From Eubacteriales bacterium (GTDB lineage Bacteria > Bacillota > Clostridia > Oscillospirales > CAG-272): DNA of 64,000 nucleotides. Location of the stretch: positions 3,249 through 67,248 of the forward strand of contig JAZULS010000046.1 in the NCBI GenBank assembly GCA_045603205.1, given 5' to 3'. The notes below the pieces were generated by a model that did not search any database, was not told the origin of the DNA, and saw nothing but the letters and a program-made list of their open reading frames with translations. The number at the start of each line of letters is the position of its first letter. Within the stretch, counting starts at the first letter, position 1. Of this stretch, positions 9,908 through 19,474 are shown one piece after another. Both the position numbers and the translations under genes were made by a program.

Positions 9908-9941
9908 GCCGACGGAACAAGCTCTTCCGTCGGCGTTTTGT
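9908..9941 (+). terminator. Rho-independent terminator
   Basis: Hairpin GCCGACGGAA-caagctc-TTCCGTCGGC followed by GTTTTG. Confidence 0.85.
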
Positions 9942-10021
9942 ATTTAGACGAACGCCTTCGTTTGACGCTTGGTTTTTCCCGTGATCTGCAGTATTTTTTT
10001 GCGTATAAATCAAAGCTTTGT

Positions 10022-10050
10022 TTGACATTACGAAGCAGATGTGATATAAT
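10022..10050 (+). promoter_or_regulatory. Sigma-A type promoter (TTGACA-17-TATAAT, extended TG) for cdaA
   Basis: TTGACA at 10022-10027 and TATAAT at 10045-10050, preceded by TGTGA. Confidence 0.75.
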
Positions 10051-10142
10051 TAATATGTATTATTGTTTATCATAGGCGTTTTGTTGCCAAAAAAATAAAT
10101 TTATTACTGTAAGACCGCTTTTGCGGCGTAACGGAGGACAGT

Positions 10143-11024
10143 ATGCATGATTTTTTAACCGATATTTTGCAAACCGTAAGGACAATATCTTTCCCTGATA
10201 TTATTGATATTGCGTGTGTTTCGGTACTGTTTTATTTTATCTATAAATTCATGCGTGACAGACGTTCGGGCAAGCTCGCAGCGGGTGTTCTTCTTCTTAT
10301 CATTCTTCAGTTTGTCAGTGAGCTGTTTGACATGTACGTTATTCAGTTCCTCCTTGACAACATCTTCCAGGTAGGACTTATTGCTCTTGTTGTGGTGTTT
10401 CAGCCCGAGCTTCGTTCCGCTCTTGAAAAGGTAGGCGGTCAGCCGCTGAAGAGTCTTCGCAGTATCGGTGACTCCAAAAATGAGCCTATCCGTAAGGTTA
10501 TCGAAAACGTTGCTACCGCGGCTCAGAGATTCAGCGATAACAAGACCGGTGCACTTATCGTTTTCGAGCGTCTTACCAAGCTTGGTGATCTTATCGCTAC
10601 CGGTACCGTCATCGACGCACAGCCCAGTGCTTTTCTCATCCGCAACATTTTCTACGATAAGTCTCCTCTCCACGACGGAGCGCTTATCATCCGTGACGGC
10701 AGACTTCACGCCGCAGGTTGCCTTCTTCCCCTGTCTCAGACTACAGACATCGTGCGAGACCTGGGTACCCGTCACCGCGCAGCAATCGGCACCAGTGAGA
10801 ATAGTGACGCTGTGGTGGTTATCGTGTCCGAAGAAACCGGAGTGATCTCCGTTGCCGTTGAAGGTGTTCTTTACAGAGGATTTAACAAGGCTTCTCTCAT
10901 CGAAGAGCTTGAAAGACTTCTTATTCCCGAGGTACAGATCACCCAAAGAGGAAAAATATTCAAAAAACGCATCGTTAATAAAGGTTCGACAGGAAAGGAG
11001 GCTGGACTTGATGCAGACAAATAA
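10143..11024 (+). CDS. cdaA: Diadenylate cyclase CdaA (DacA)
   Basis: 293 aa with three N-terminal TM helices and a DisA_N/DAC domain (GALIVFE, PLHDGALIIRDGRL, TRHRAAIG.SE.SDA..IVVSEETG.IS). Confidence 0.93.
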   Translation: MHDFLTDILQTVRTISFPDIIDIACVSVLFYFIYKFMRDRRSGKLAAGVLLLIILQFVSELFDMYVIQFLLDNIFQVGLIALVVVFQPELRSALEKVGGQPLKSLRSIGDSKNEPIRKVIENVATAAQRFSDNKTGALIVFERLTKLGDLIATGTVIDAQPSAFLIRNIFYDKSPLHDGALIIRDGRLHAAGCLLPLSQTTDIVRDLGTRHRAAIGTSENSDAVVVIVSEETGVISVAVEGVLYRGFNKASLIEELERLLIPEVQITQRGKIFKKRIVNKGSTGKEAGLDADK

Positions 11025-12303
11025 TCAGAATCCCACCGTCCGCAATTCCGTTGGCGTCAGAGGCGGCAGAAAGTACTCCTTCTTCAGCCTTCGCAGATTT
11101 TTGCCCAAGGTACTTTGCGTAGTTGCCGCTTTCGTGATCTGGCTCTACGTTATGCAGACTGAGACCCCCGAATACGAAAGCGTTGTTACATCCGTTACCG
11201 TTGAGATGCAGAATGCTTCTCAGCTCAGACTGGACTCGGGACTTGCCGTTTACAGTAAGACTACGAATATCGTTGACGTAAAGGTTACCGGTAAAAAGAG
11301 TTCTATTGACAAACTGAAGTCTGAGGATATCACCGCATTTATTGACCTCAGCAAGATCAAAGAGCCCGGACAGCACGCCCTAGACGTTTTTGTTGAGCTT
11401 CCCGACGGTATAGATAAAGTAGTGCCCGAGCCGGCTACCATTTCAGTTTACGTTGACGAGAACGACGTTATTTCTCTGCAGGTTAGCGAGAAGCTTACAA
11501 ATATGTCCCTCCTTGACTCATATGAGCTGGGCGAGATCGGATTTGAGTATGATTCTATTACCGTAACTGGCCCTAAGAATAAACTTGCAGAGCTTACAGA
11601 GGCACAGGTTCTTATCAACATGCAGGGAAAAACCTCGTCCTTTGTTGCGGATTGTCCCGTTTCTCTCATTGGCCGTAGCGGAGACGTTGCCGATATGTCA
11701 TATCTCAGCACTTCCGTTGACGAAATGAGCGTTAACGTACCGATCTACGTAAATCGCGAGATCAAGCTTGAGACCTCCTTTAAGCACGGATTCCTGAATT
11801 CCGGCTTGGCTGAGGTAACCATATCTCCTGAAAGCATTGCAGTAAAGGCTGATGAAAGCGTTTGGAGCAAGAACGAAGCGGTTTTTGAGCCTTTGGTAAT
11901 AGACGAGAAACAGATCCTTGACAACACCTATACCATGACCGTAGTGCCGATTGCCACCGCGGACGTAATTTATGACAAGGATATCCAGATAAACGTAACG
12001 GTTAAGCTTTCGTCCTCCCTCAAAACGAAGAAATTCTCTGTAGCCGATATTCAGGTCACCGGTGCACCGGAAAATCTTGCATGGGAAGTCCTTGATATGA
12101 GTGAAATAGTAACTCTTCGCGGTACCTCTGACGTGCTTTCCGAGATCAAGGCATCCGATATTTCCCTTATCGTTGATCTCAGCGGTTACGAGATAGGTAC
12201 TTCGGGTGTGGTTTCCAAAGCTGCTACCGTTGTGATAGATAATGAGAGCGCCACGGACGTTTGCGAGGTTGGCTCTTACTCCGTTCAGCTTAAACTTAAC
12301 TGA
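11011..12303 (+). CDS. cdaR: CdaA regulator CdaR (YbbR-domain protein)
   Basis: The ORF track gives 10852..12303. ATG 11011 follows the RBS AGGAAAGGAGG and overlaps the cdaA stop by 14 nt. It has an N-terminal TM helix and then repeated beta-rich YbbR-like modules. The position after cdaA is conserved. Confidence 0.8.
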   Translation: MQTNNQNPTVRNSVGVRGGRKYSFFSLRRFLPKVLCVVAAFVIWLYVMQTETPEYESVVTSVTVEMQNASQLRLDSGLAVYSKTTNIVDVKVTGKKSSIDKLKSEDITAFIDLSKIKEPGQHALDVFVELPDGIDKVVPEPATISVYVDENDVISLQVSEKLTNMSLLDSYELGEIGFEYDSITVTGPKNKLAELTEAQVLINMQGKTSSFVADCPVSLIGRSGDVADMSYLSTSVDEMSVNVPIYVNREIKLETSFKHGFLNSGLAEVTISPESIAVKADESVWSKNEAVFEPLVIDEKQILDNTYTMTVVPIATADVIYDKDIQINVTVKLSSSLKTKKFSVADIQVTGAPENLAWEVLDMSEIVTLRGTSDVLSEIKASDISLIVDLSGYEIGTSGVVSKAATVVIDNESATDVCEVGSYSVQLKLN

Positions 12304-13910
12304 TGATGACAAACAAAACTAAGGTACTCATTGAGAATATAATCGTACCTCACCGACAAGGTGTCAGTGGTCCTGATGCAGACCGTTTTGCCTGCGACTC
12401 TGCCGCTAAGCGTGTCAAAAAGCTTCTGGGAATTTCTCCCGAAAAGCTTTTCGTTCACAGAAAGTCTATCGATGCTCGCCGCAAGAAGGACATAAAGCTT
12501 GTTTATTCCATCTGCGCCGAAGTACCACTTTCCGCCCATAAGGTCAGTCATAAGGCGGCAGGCGAAGTAAAGCTTTATTCGGAGGCTAACTTCTCCGTTG
12601 AACAGGGAACGGAAGCTTTAAAGGCCCGTCCCGTTATCGTGGGATTTGGACCTGCGGGAATGTTCTGCGCTCTTGCTCTTGCTGAGAGAGGATACCGTCC
12701 GGTGGTTTATGAAAGAGGCGCATCCGTTGAAGACAGAGTTGCCGCCGTTGAAGGTTTTGTCTCCTCAGGCGTGCTTGACGTGAACTCAAACATTCAGTTT
12801 GGCGCGGGAGGCGCAGGCACCTTTTCTGACGGAAAGCTCACCACCCGTATAAACGATCCTCTTTGCTCCTACGTTCTGTCTAAGCTTGTGGAACTTGGCG
12901 CTCCCGAGGATATTCTCACCAAGGCAAAACCCCATATCGGCACCGACGTGCTCAGAGAGGTGGTTGCGAGAGCTGACGCGAGGATCAGAAAGCTTGGCGG
13001 CGAGATATACTACAACAGCAAAGTAAGTATTGATGGTACTACAGCGACCATCAGAGGTGAAAATCTGCCTTACGGTGCTCTTGTACTTGCCCTTGGACAT
13101 AGCGCGAGAGACACTTACGAAGAACTTCTTTCCTCAGGTTATCTTATCGAAGCAAAGCCTTACTCGGTGGGTGTCAGAATCGAGCATCTCCAGAGGGATC
13201 TTGACTTTGCCATGCACGGAGACTTTGCAGGTGACGTAACTCTCGGTCCCGCGGAATATAACGTCTCCTATCGTGAGGGTGACCGTGGGGTCTATTCCTT
13301 CTGTATGTGTCCCGGAGGCGAAGTTGTCGGTGCTGCCAGCGAAGAAGGCGGCGTTGTTACCAACGGTATGAGCCGCCGCTTGAGAGACGGAGACAACGCC
13401 AACGCGGCACTTGCCGTATCCGTTAAGACCTCCGATTACGGTAACACTCCGCGTCTTGCAATAGACTTTCAGCGAAGCCTTGAGAGACGTGCCTTTGCCG
13501 CAGGTGGAAACAACTACGCCGCGCCTCTTCAGACGGTGGGTGATTTTCTTGCAGGGAAGAGAGGTACTTCTCCCGATAAAATCAAGCCGACCTATATGAA
13601 CGGCAAATATACCCTTTGCGACCTTAATACGGTTCTCCCGAGCTTCGTTTGTGAAATGCTTAAGGCGGGACTTATCAAATTCGGTCAGAAAATAAACGGG
13701 TTTGACCGTGCTGACGTACCAATGACGGGTGTTGAGACACGTACCTCTGCTCCGGTACGTATAATGAGGGGAGAGACTTTTACGGCAGTCTCCAAAGATC
13801 TTGTTTATCCTTGCGGAGAGGGTGCGGGGTATGCCGGCGGAATCATGAGTGCCGCTATCGACGGACTGAGAGTTGCCCGAGCTATCATTGAAAGATTCAA
13901 AGCAAATTAA
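12303..13910 (+). CDS. FAD-dependent oxidoreductase (COG2509-like)
   Basis: 535 aa with the dinucleotide-binding motif VIVGFGPAGMFCALALAERG. The start ATG overlaps the cdaR stop (TGATG). Confidence 0.7.
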   Translation: MMTNKTKVLIENIIVPHRQGVSGPDADRFACDSAAKRVKKLLGISPEKLFVHRKSIDARRKKDIKLVYSICAEVPLSAHKVSHKAAGEVKLYSEANFSVEQGTEALKARPVIVGFGPAGMFCALALAERGYRPVVYERGASVEDRVAAVEGFVSSGVLDVNSNIQFGAGGAGTFSDGKLTTRINDPLCSYVLSKLVELGAPEDILTKAKPHIGTDVLREVVARADARIRKLGGEIYYNSKVSIDGTTATIRGENLPYGALVLALGHSARDTYEELLSSGYLIEAKPYSVGVRIEHLQRDLDFAMHGDFAGDVTLGPAEYNVSYREGDRGVYSFCMCPGGEVVGAASEEGGVVTNGMSRRLRDGDNANAALAVSVKTSDYGNTPRLAIDFQRSLERRAFAAGGNNYAAPLQTVGDFLAGKRGTSPDKIKPTYMNGKYTLCDLNTVLPSFVCEMLKAGLIKFGQKINGFDRADVPMTGVETRTSAPVRIMRGETFTAVSKDLVYPCGEGAGYAGGIMSAAIDGLRVARAIIERFKAN

Positions 13911-14002
13911 CTTAAATATTTCCTTTGATTTCTGCAAATAATTTTTTAATGAATATCGTTTTATCCATTTTTGTACAGCTTTAGGCTGAGTGGAGATATG
14001 TT

Positions 14003-14455
14003 ATGAAGAAAACGGCAGAAGTGCTGAGTGTTGACGGGAATCTTGCCCGTATAAAAGTCAAAAGATCGGATATGTGTGAGGGATGCAGTGCCCGTGAAGG
14101 AGACTGTTCCTGCTCCCACGCATCTCTTTTGGGGGCTGACAAAACTTTAGTCACCACCGCACGAAACGATGCCTTGGCTTCTGTCGGAGATAAAGTTGAG
14201 GTTGAGACTTCCGACAGCCGCGTTCTTGGATACGCTGTGCTTGTTTTCATCCTTCCTCTTATTGTTTGTGCCCTGACTTACGGGGTGATTTTGAAGTGTT
14301 TTAACAACGGTGCCGTGTCTTTAATATCGGCAGTTATCGCTTTTATTCTGACTTTTGTCGTTATCGGCGTATATGAACGTCACCACAGAAAAAGCGTTGA
14401 CGTGGTCATAACCCGAATCATAGTGCAGGGAGACGGCACCGACTTGAATTCGTAA
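14003..14455 (+). CDS. RseC/MucC (SoxR-reducing system) family protein
   Basis: 150 aa. The N-terminal part (AEVLSVDGNLARIKVKRSDMCEGCSA) is followed by two TM helices, the typical RseC architecture. Confidence 0.7.
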   Translation: MKKTAEVLSVDGNLARIKVKRSDMCEGCSAREGDCSCSHASLLGADKTLVTTARNDALASVGDKVEVETSDSRVLGYAVLVFILPLIVCALTYGVILKCFNNGAVSLISAVIAFILTFVVIGVYERHHRKSVDVVITRIIVQGDGTDLNS

Positions 14456-14481
14456 AATTTAAAAGACTGGATATAGATTTA

Positions 14482-16668
14482 ATGTATTATCGTAAACTTC
14501 CAAGGTGGGTAGTGAGCGACAAGTCCACGGCAAGAGAAGCAGAAGTTGCGGCTATTGCTGAGGAACTGTCGATATCATTACCCACGGCAAAACTCCTCTT
14601 TAACAGGGGATGCAAAAGTCCCGATGAGGCAAGAAAGTTCATCGGTAAGGAAGAAGAACACCTTTACGATCCTTTCCTGATGAAGGATATGGAACCTGCG
14701 GCTCATCGCGTGTGTGATGCTGTAACGGCAGGGGAAAAGATCGTTATTTACGGCGACTATGACGTAGACGGTGTCACTTCTGTTTCCTCACTCTATCTTT
14801 ACCTGCGTTCTTTGGGCGCTGATGTCAGCTATCACATTCCCTGCAGAATGACTGAAGGCTATGGTATGTCCTCTGCCGTGATCGACAAGCTTGCCGCCGA
14901 CGGTTGTACACTCATCATAACCGTTGACACAGGAATAACTGCCATTGACGAGATAGATCACGCAGCTGAGATCGGAATCGACGTGGTTATTACCGACCAT
15001 CACGAGTGCCATGAGGTACTTCCGAGAGCTCTTGCTATCGTAAATCCCTGCCGTCACGACTGTACATATCCTTTTAAGGAACTTGCAGGAGTCGGGGTGG
15101 TTTTCAAGCTTATCTGTGCTATCGAACAAACGCTTAATCCGGAGGATCCTCTGGCAGTGTGCGTCAGAAGAATTGCAAGAGAGTATTGCGACCTTGTTGC
15201 CCTCGGTACCATCGCCGACGTTATGCCCGTTGTAGATGAGAACAGACTTATCGTCAGCTACGGTCTTTCTCTCATAGAGCAGGGAACAAGACCTGCCATC
15301 ACCGAGCTTATCAACGCGTCGGGATCTGAATCGAAGTATAACACCAAGAAAAAGATAACCGCCGCATTCGTTGGGTTCACTCTTGCTCCCCGTATCAACG
15401 CCGCAGGAAGAATCAAAGATGCGGCGACAGCGGTTGAACTGCTTATCTCCGACGACACCGACAGAGCCCAAAAGTTTGCAAAAGAGCTCTGTGCCATAAA
15501 TAAACAGCGTCAGCAGATAGAAAACAGTATTACCGAAGAGGCTTATGCAAAGATTTCTGCCGAGCACGACTTTGAAAATGACAGAGTCATCGTTCTTGAC
15601 GACGAGAACTGGCACCACGGCATAATCGGTATCGTTTCTTCGCGAATTACCGAAAAATATTCGCTTCCGTCCATTCTTGTCTCCTTCGACGGCAAGAATT
15701 CCGCAGAGTTCAGCCCTGAGGACTCCGGAAAGGGTTCGGGAAGAAGCGTAAAGGGCATAAATCTCGTAGAAGCGCTTTCCCACTGCTCCGATCTTCTTGA
15801 AAAGTACGGCGGTCACGAGCTTGCGGCTGGTCTTACCGTTAAGCGCGGGAACCTTTCCGCCTTCAAACGCAAAATTAACGAGTTCGCAAGGGAATACGCC
15901 GACAGCGAATACGGTGACGTAGTGGTTGAGGCTGAATGTCTGCTGGATGAAAGTGACATCACTATGCGCCTTGCAAGCGAGCTTTATTACCTTGAGCCTT
16001 TCGGTACAGCTAACCCTGTTCCCGTTTTCCGTACTGACGAGCTTTATGTCAGCGAGGTCATTCCCATTGCCGGAGGCAAGCACATCAAGCTGATCCTCCG
16101 TCGCGAAAATATGATAATCACGGCGATGTGCTTCAGACGTACCCTTGAGGAACTTGATATTTACCCAGGAGACGTGGTTGACGTGCTTTATAACCTTGAC
16201 ATTAACGAGTTCCAGGGAACAAGGACACTCCAGATGATAGTCAAGGATATAAGACTTACAAAAAGAGTACTTGACACGGAGATCGCAGAGCACGAGCTTT
16301 TTGACACTCTCTTTTCGGGAGTCAGACCCGAAAGCCTCAATGATCCCCATGAGATTAACGCTATCATCCCCACCAGGGAGGATTTTGGCGCCGTGTATAA
16401 CGTGCTGAAAAGGGAACTGAGGGTTGAGCACGAGGTGTTCAGTATGCGTGCCCTTGCTCATCTTATGAAGTCCTGCGGATATATTATCCCTTACGTTAAG
16501 CTCAAGTTTATAATTATGATATTCCGCGAGCTTAATCTTTTGGGTGTTGAAGAACTTGACGCCGAGAGGGAAATATACGCTTTCAAGTACATATACGTTA
16601 AGAACAAAACGAGCCTTGACCGCTCGAATATCTTAAAGAAGCTTAAAAGTGAGCTTCGCCTTCTCTGA
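14482..16668 (+). CDS. recJ: Single-stranded-DNA-specific exonuclease RecJ
   Basis: 728 aa with DHH motifs (IYGDYDVDGVTS, ITVDTGI, VITDHHE) and a DHHA1 region (GGHELAAG). Confidence 0.93.
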   Translation: MYYRKLPRWVVSDKSTAREAEVAAIAEELSISLPTAKLLFNRGCKSPDEARKFIGKEEEHLYDPFLMKDMEPAAHRVCDAVTAGEKIVIYGDYDVDGVTSVSSLYLYLRSLGADVSYHIPCRMTEGYGMSSAVIDKLAADGCTLIITVDTGITAIDEIDHAAEIGIDVVITDHHECHEVLPRALAIVNPCRHDCTYPFKELAGVGVVFKLICAIEQTLNPEDPLAVCVRRIAREYCDLVALGTIADVMPVVDENRLIVSYGLSLIEQGTRPAITELINASGSESKYNTKKKITAAFVGFTLAPRINAAGRIKDAATAVELLISDDTDRAQKFAKELCAINKQRQQIENSITEEAYAKISAEHDFENDRVIVLDDENWHHGIIGIVSSRITEKYSLPSILVSFDGKNSAEFSPEDSGKGSGRSVKGINLVEALSHCSDLLEKYGGHELAAGLTVKRGNLSAFKRKINEFAREYADSEYGDVVVEAECLLDESDITMRLASELYYLEPFGTANPVPVFRTDELYVSEVIPIAGGKHIKLILRRENMIITAMCFRRTLEELDIYPGDVVDVLYNLDINEFQGTRTLQMIVKDIRLTKRVLDTEIAEHELFDTLFSGVRPESLNDPHEINAIIPTREDFGAVYNVLKRELRVEHEVFSMRALAHLMKSCGYIIPYVKLKFIIMIFRELNLLGVEELDAEREIYAFKYIYVKNKTSLDRSNILKKLKSELRLL

Positions 16669-16733
16669 TAGGAGAATACGGCAAAACTTATACTTAGATG
16701 TTTCGTTTTAGATAAGACGAAACGGAGGCAGGT

Positions 16734-18974
16734 ATGAACGACACTAATGCAAGCATAGGCAATATGGCTTCTTCCGGCGTGAAGATAGACGCGCTTCTCG
16801 AAAGAATAAAGTCAAGCGGAAGAAACTATGATATTGCCAAGATAAATAAAGCTTTTGAGTATGCAGATTCCCTCCATTGCGGACAGATGCGTAAAAGCGG
16901 CGACCCTTATATTGTTCACCCCATCGCCGTAGCAGAGACCGCATTGTCTCTGGGCCTTGATACGGACTCCATCTGCGCCGCTTTCCTTCATGATACCGTA
17001 GAGGACTGCGGAGAGAAAACGAGCCTTGGAGAGATTAAGAAGATGTTCGGAGACGACGTTGCCATGCTGGTTGACGGTCTGACCAAGATCAAGGAGATCA
17101 ACATCATCGACAAGGAAGAAGCTCATATCGAAAATATCCGTAAGATGCTTCTTGCCATGTCCAAGGACATCCGCGTAATTTTCATCAAGCTTTGCGACAG
17201 ACTCCATAATATGCGTACCTTAGACGCAAAATCCGAGGGCAAGAGACGAATGACCGCTCTTGAAACGATGCACGTTTACGCGCCTCTTGCACACCGTCTC
17301 GGTATGCAGAGAATGAAGCAGGAGCTTGAAAACTTAGCTCTCAAACACCTTGACCCCATCGGCCACGAAGAGGTATCAGAGGACATCAAGAGAAAGTACG
17401 GTCAGAACGTAAACTTTATCGAGAATACTCAGAACTACGTCTCCGAAAAGCTGAATGAATATAACATCAACTACACCCTTGAAGGCAGAGTCAAGACCGT
17501 ATACTCAATCTATCGCAAAATGTTCAATCAGAACAAAACTTTCGACGAGATCTACGACTTCTACGCTATTCGAATCATCGTTGATACCGAGCTTGAGTGT
17601 TACACCGCCCTCGGAATCATACACGAGCTATTCAAGAGCGTCCCCGGAAGATTTAAGGATTATATCTCCACTCCTAAGCTTAACATGTACCAGTCTCTCC
17701 ATACCACGGTAATCGGACGTGACGGTATCCCCTTCGAGGTTCAGATCAGAACCCGCGAGATGCACCACGTTGCCGAATACGGTGTGGCGGCTCACTGGAA
17801 ATACAAGTCAGGAGAGCGCAGTAAAGAGGACATGGATAAAAAGCTTGAGTGGGTCGCAAAGCTTATCGAAGTTGAGGACGGAGTTATGGATTCAGAAGAA
17901 TTCCTCCATGCCTTCAAGATCGACATTTTCCATGATGAAACCTTTGTGTTTACCCCCAAGGGAGACGTTATCGCCCTTCCTCAGGGTTCAACCATCATCG
18001 ACTTTGCCTACGCTATTCACTCAGCGGTAGGTAACAAAATGATCGGTGCTACCATCAACGGTACTATCGCCCCCATTGACCGCGTTCCCGAAACGGGAGA
18101 CATCGTTGAGATCATCACGTCTCAGGCAGCCAAGGGACCCAGCCGCGACTGGCTGAAGATCGTTCACACGGGTGAAGCGAGAAACAAGATCAGACAGTGG
18201 TTCAAGAAAGAGAAGAGAAGCGAGAATATTCTCGTAGGTCGTGCTGAGATAGATCGCGAGTTTGCAAAGTTCAGAGGCAAGCCCACCGAGCAGCAGAAGC
18301 TTGAGGTGATCGCCAACATCGCTAAGAGGATCGGTATGCAGGAACCCGACGATATGCTGAACGCTATCGGCTACGGCGGACTTACCGTATCAAAGATATC
18401 GTCAAGACTCAAGGATGAGTACGAACGTCTCTTTAAGCCCGAGGAGGAGCCTATCACCGAGCCCGAGCAGATCAAAACTGCTAAAACCGGCAGGATCCGT
18501 TCAAACAACGGAATTGTGGTTGACGGTGAGTACGGCTGTGCCGTTAAATTCGCGAGATGCTGTAATCCTCTCCCCGGAGACGAGATCATTGGCTTCATAA
18601 CCCGCGGTTACGGTATTTCCATTCACAAGAAATCCTGTAAGAATATTACAAACGGAATGAAGAATCAGGAGTTTGCAGACAGACTTGTGGGCGCTGAGTG
18701 GGACCACGATGCGGTAAAGCAGAACGAGGGAGGTCTCTTCGAGGCTGTTATTCAGATCTTTGCAGAAAACCACATCACCCTCCTTGCAGACATCACTACT
18801 GCTCTTGCGGAGATGAAGGTAACGCTGCTTTCCATCAACACTCAGAAGAGTGCTTCGGGAGAGATCATCATCAATCTCACCGTGGGATGCAAGAACAGCG
18901 AACATTGCAACTCCATCGTTTCAAGGCTGAGAGGACTCAGCCATATCAACAGTATTTCAAGAGGAGTCGGCTGA
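16734..18974 (+). CDS. relA: Bifunctional (p)ppGpp synthetase/hydrolase (RelA/SpoT homologue)
   Basis: 746 aa with an HD hydrolase domain (HPIAVA...LHDTVED), a synthetase domain (YRSLHTTV-like QSLHTTVIG, EVQIRTREMH), then TGS and a C-terminal ACT domain. Confidence 0.95.
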   Translation: MNDTNASIGNMASSGVKIDALLERIKSSGRNYDIAKINKAFEYADSLHCGQMRKSGDPYIVHPIAVAETALSLGLDTDSICAAFLHDTVEDCGEKTSLGEIKKMFGDDVAMLVDGLTKIKEINIIDKEEAHIENIRKMLLAMSKDIRVIFIKLCDRLHNMRTLDAKSEGKRRMTALETMHVYAPLAHRLGMQRMKQELENLALKHLDPIGHEEVSEDIKRKYGQNVNFIENTQNYVSEKLNEYNINYTLEGRVKTVYSIYRKMFNQNKTFDEIYDFYAIRIIVDTELECYTALGIIHELFKSVPGRFKDYISTPKLNMYQSLHTTVIGRDGIPFEVQIRTREMHHVAEYGVAAHWKYKSGERSKEDMDKKLEWVAKLIEVEDGVMDSEEFLHAFKIDIFHDETFVFTPKGDVIALPQGSTIIDFAYAIHSAVGNKMIGATINGTIAPIDRVPETGDIVEIITSQAAKGPSRDWLKIVHTGEARNKIRQWFKKEKRSENILVGRAEIDREFAKFRGKPTEQQKLEVIANIAKRIGMQEPDDMLNAIGYGGLTVSKISSRLKDEYERLFKPEEEPITEPEQIKTAKTGRIRSNNGIVVDGEYGCAVKFARCCNPLPGDEIIGFITRGYGISIHKKSCKNITNGMKNQEFADRLVGAEWDHDAVKQNEGGLFEAVIQIFAENHITLLADITTALAEMKVTLLSINTQKSASGEIIINLTVGCKNSEHCNSIVSRLRGLSHINSISRGVG

Positions 18975-18992
18975 TACAGTCATTTTGAACTT

Positions 18993-19448
18993 ATGATCAT
19001 AGTTTTACAGCGGGTTCTTGAGTCTTCCGTAAAGATAGACGGAGAGGCCGTAGCTAACGGAAAAGCAGGACTTTTACTGCTTGCAGGAGTCGAAAAGGGC
19101 GACGACAGGACGGACGCGGAGCTTCTTGCCGAAAAGATACTGAAAATACGCGTATTCGAGGATGAAAACGGAAAGATGAACTATTCCGTTACTGACGTAG
19201 GCGGAGACGTTGTCATCGTGCCGAATTTCACTCTCCTTGCTGCTTACCGAAAGGGAAATCGTCCCGATTACACCAACAGCGAGTCTCCCGACGCCGCAAA
19301 AGAGCTTTTTGAGTATTTCTGCGGATATATGGCAGACAGGATCCATACGGAATGCGGCGTGTTCGGTGCGGATATGAAGGTTTCTCTCTGTAACGACGGC
19401 CCCGTAACTATTTGTATGGACAGCCGAGTTTTGAAAAAAGAACGCTGA
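18993..19448 (+). CDS. dtd: D-aminoacyl-tRNA deacylase
   Basis: 151 aa. MIIVLQRV...SQFTL-like NFTLLA and GVFGADMKVSLCNDGPVT are typical Dtd. It follows relA, as in many Firmicutes. Confidence 0.9.
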   Translation: MIIVLQRVLESSVKIDGEAVANGKAGLLLLAGVEKGDDRTDAELLAEKILKIRVFEDENGKMNYSVTDVGGDVVIVPNFTLLAAYRKGNRPDYTNSESPDAAKELFEYFCGYMADRIHTECGVFGADMKVSLCNDGPVTICMDSRVLKKER

Positions 19449-19474
19449 AGCCCACGTAGAGGTGAAATACTTAG

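Noticed and set aside
10155-10946. A 263-aa minus-strand ORF lies antisense to cdaA.
   Set aside because: cdaA is unambiguous, and the antisense frame lacks any domain signature.
10852-11010. The ORF track gives extended 5' ends for cdaR (10852). The same applies to yigZ (30893), rpmE (29280), the second ABC subunit (57013) and the small P-loop gene (51098).
   Set aside because: These extensions overlap the preceding genes by 50-170 nt in another frame and lack an RBS. In each case an internal ATG preceded by a strong SD gives the family-typical N-terminus.
14788-16461. A 557-aa minus-strand ORF lies antisense to recJ.
   Set aside because: Same reasoning. RecJ motifs are clear on the plus strand, and the antisense product has no recognisable domain or translation signals.
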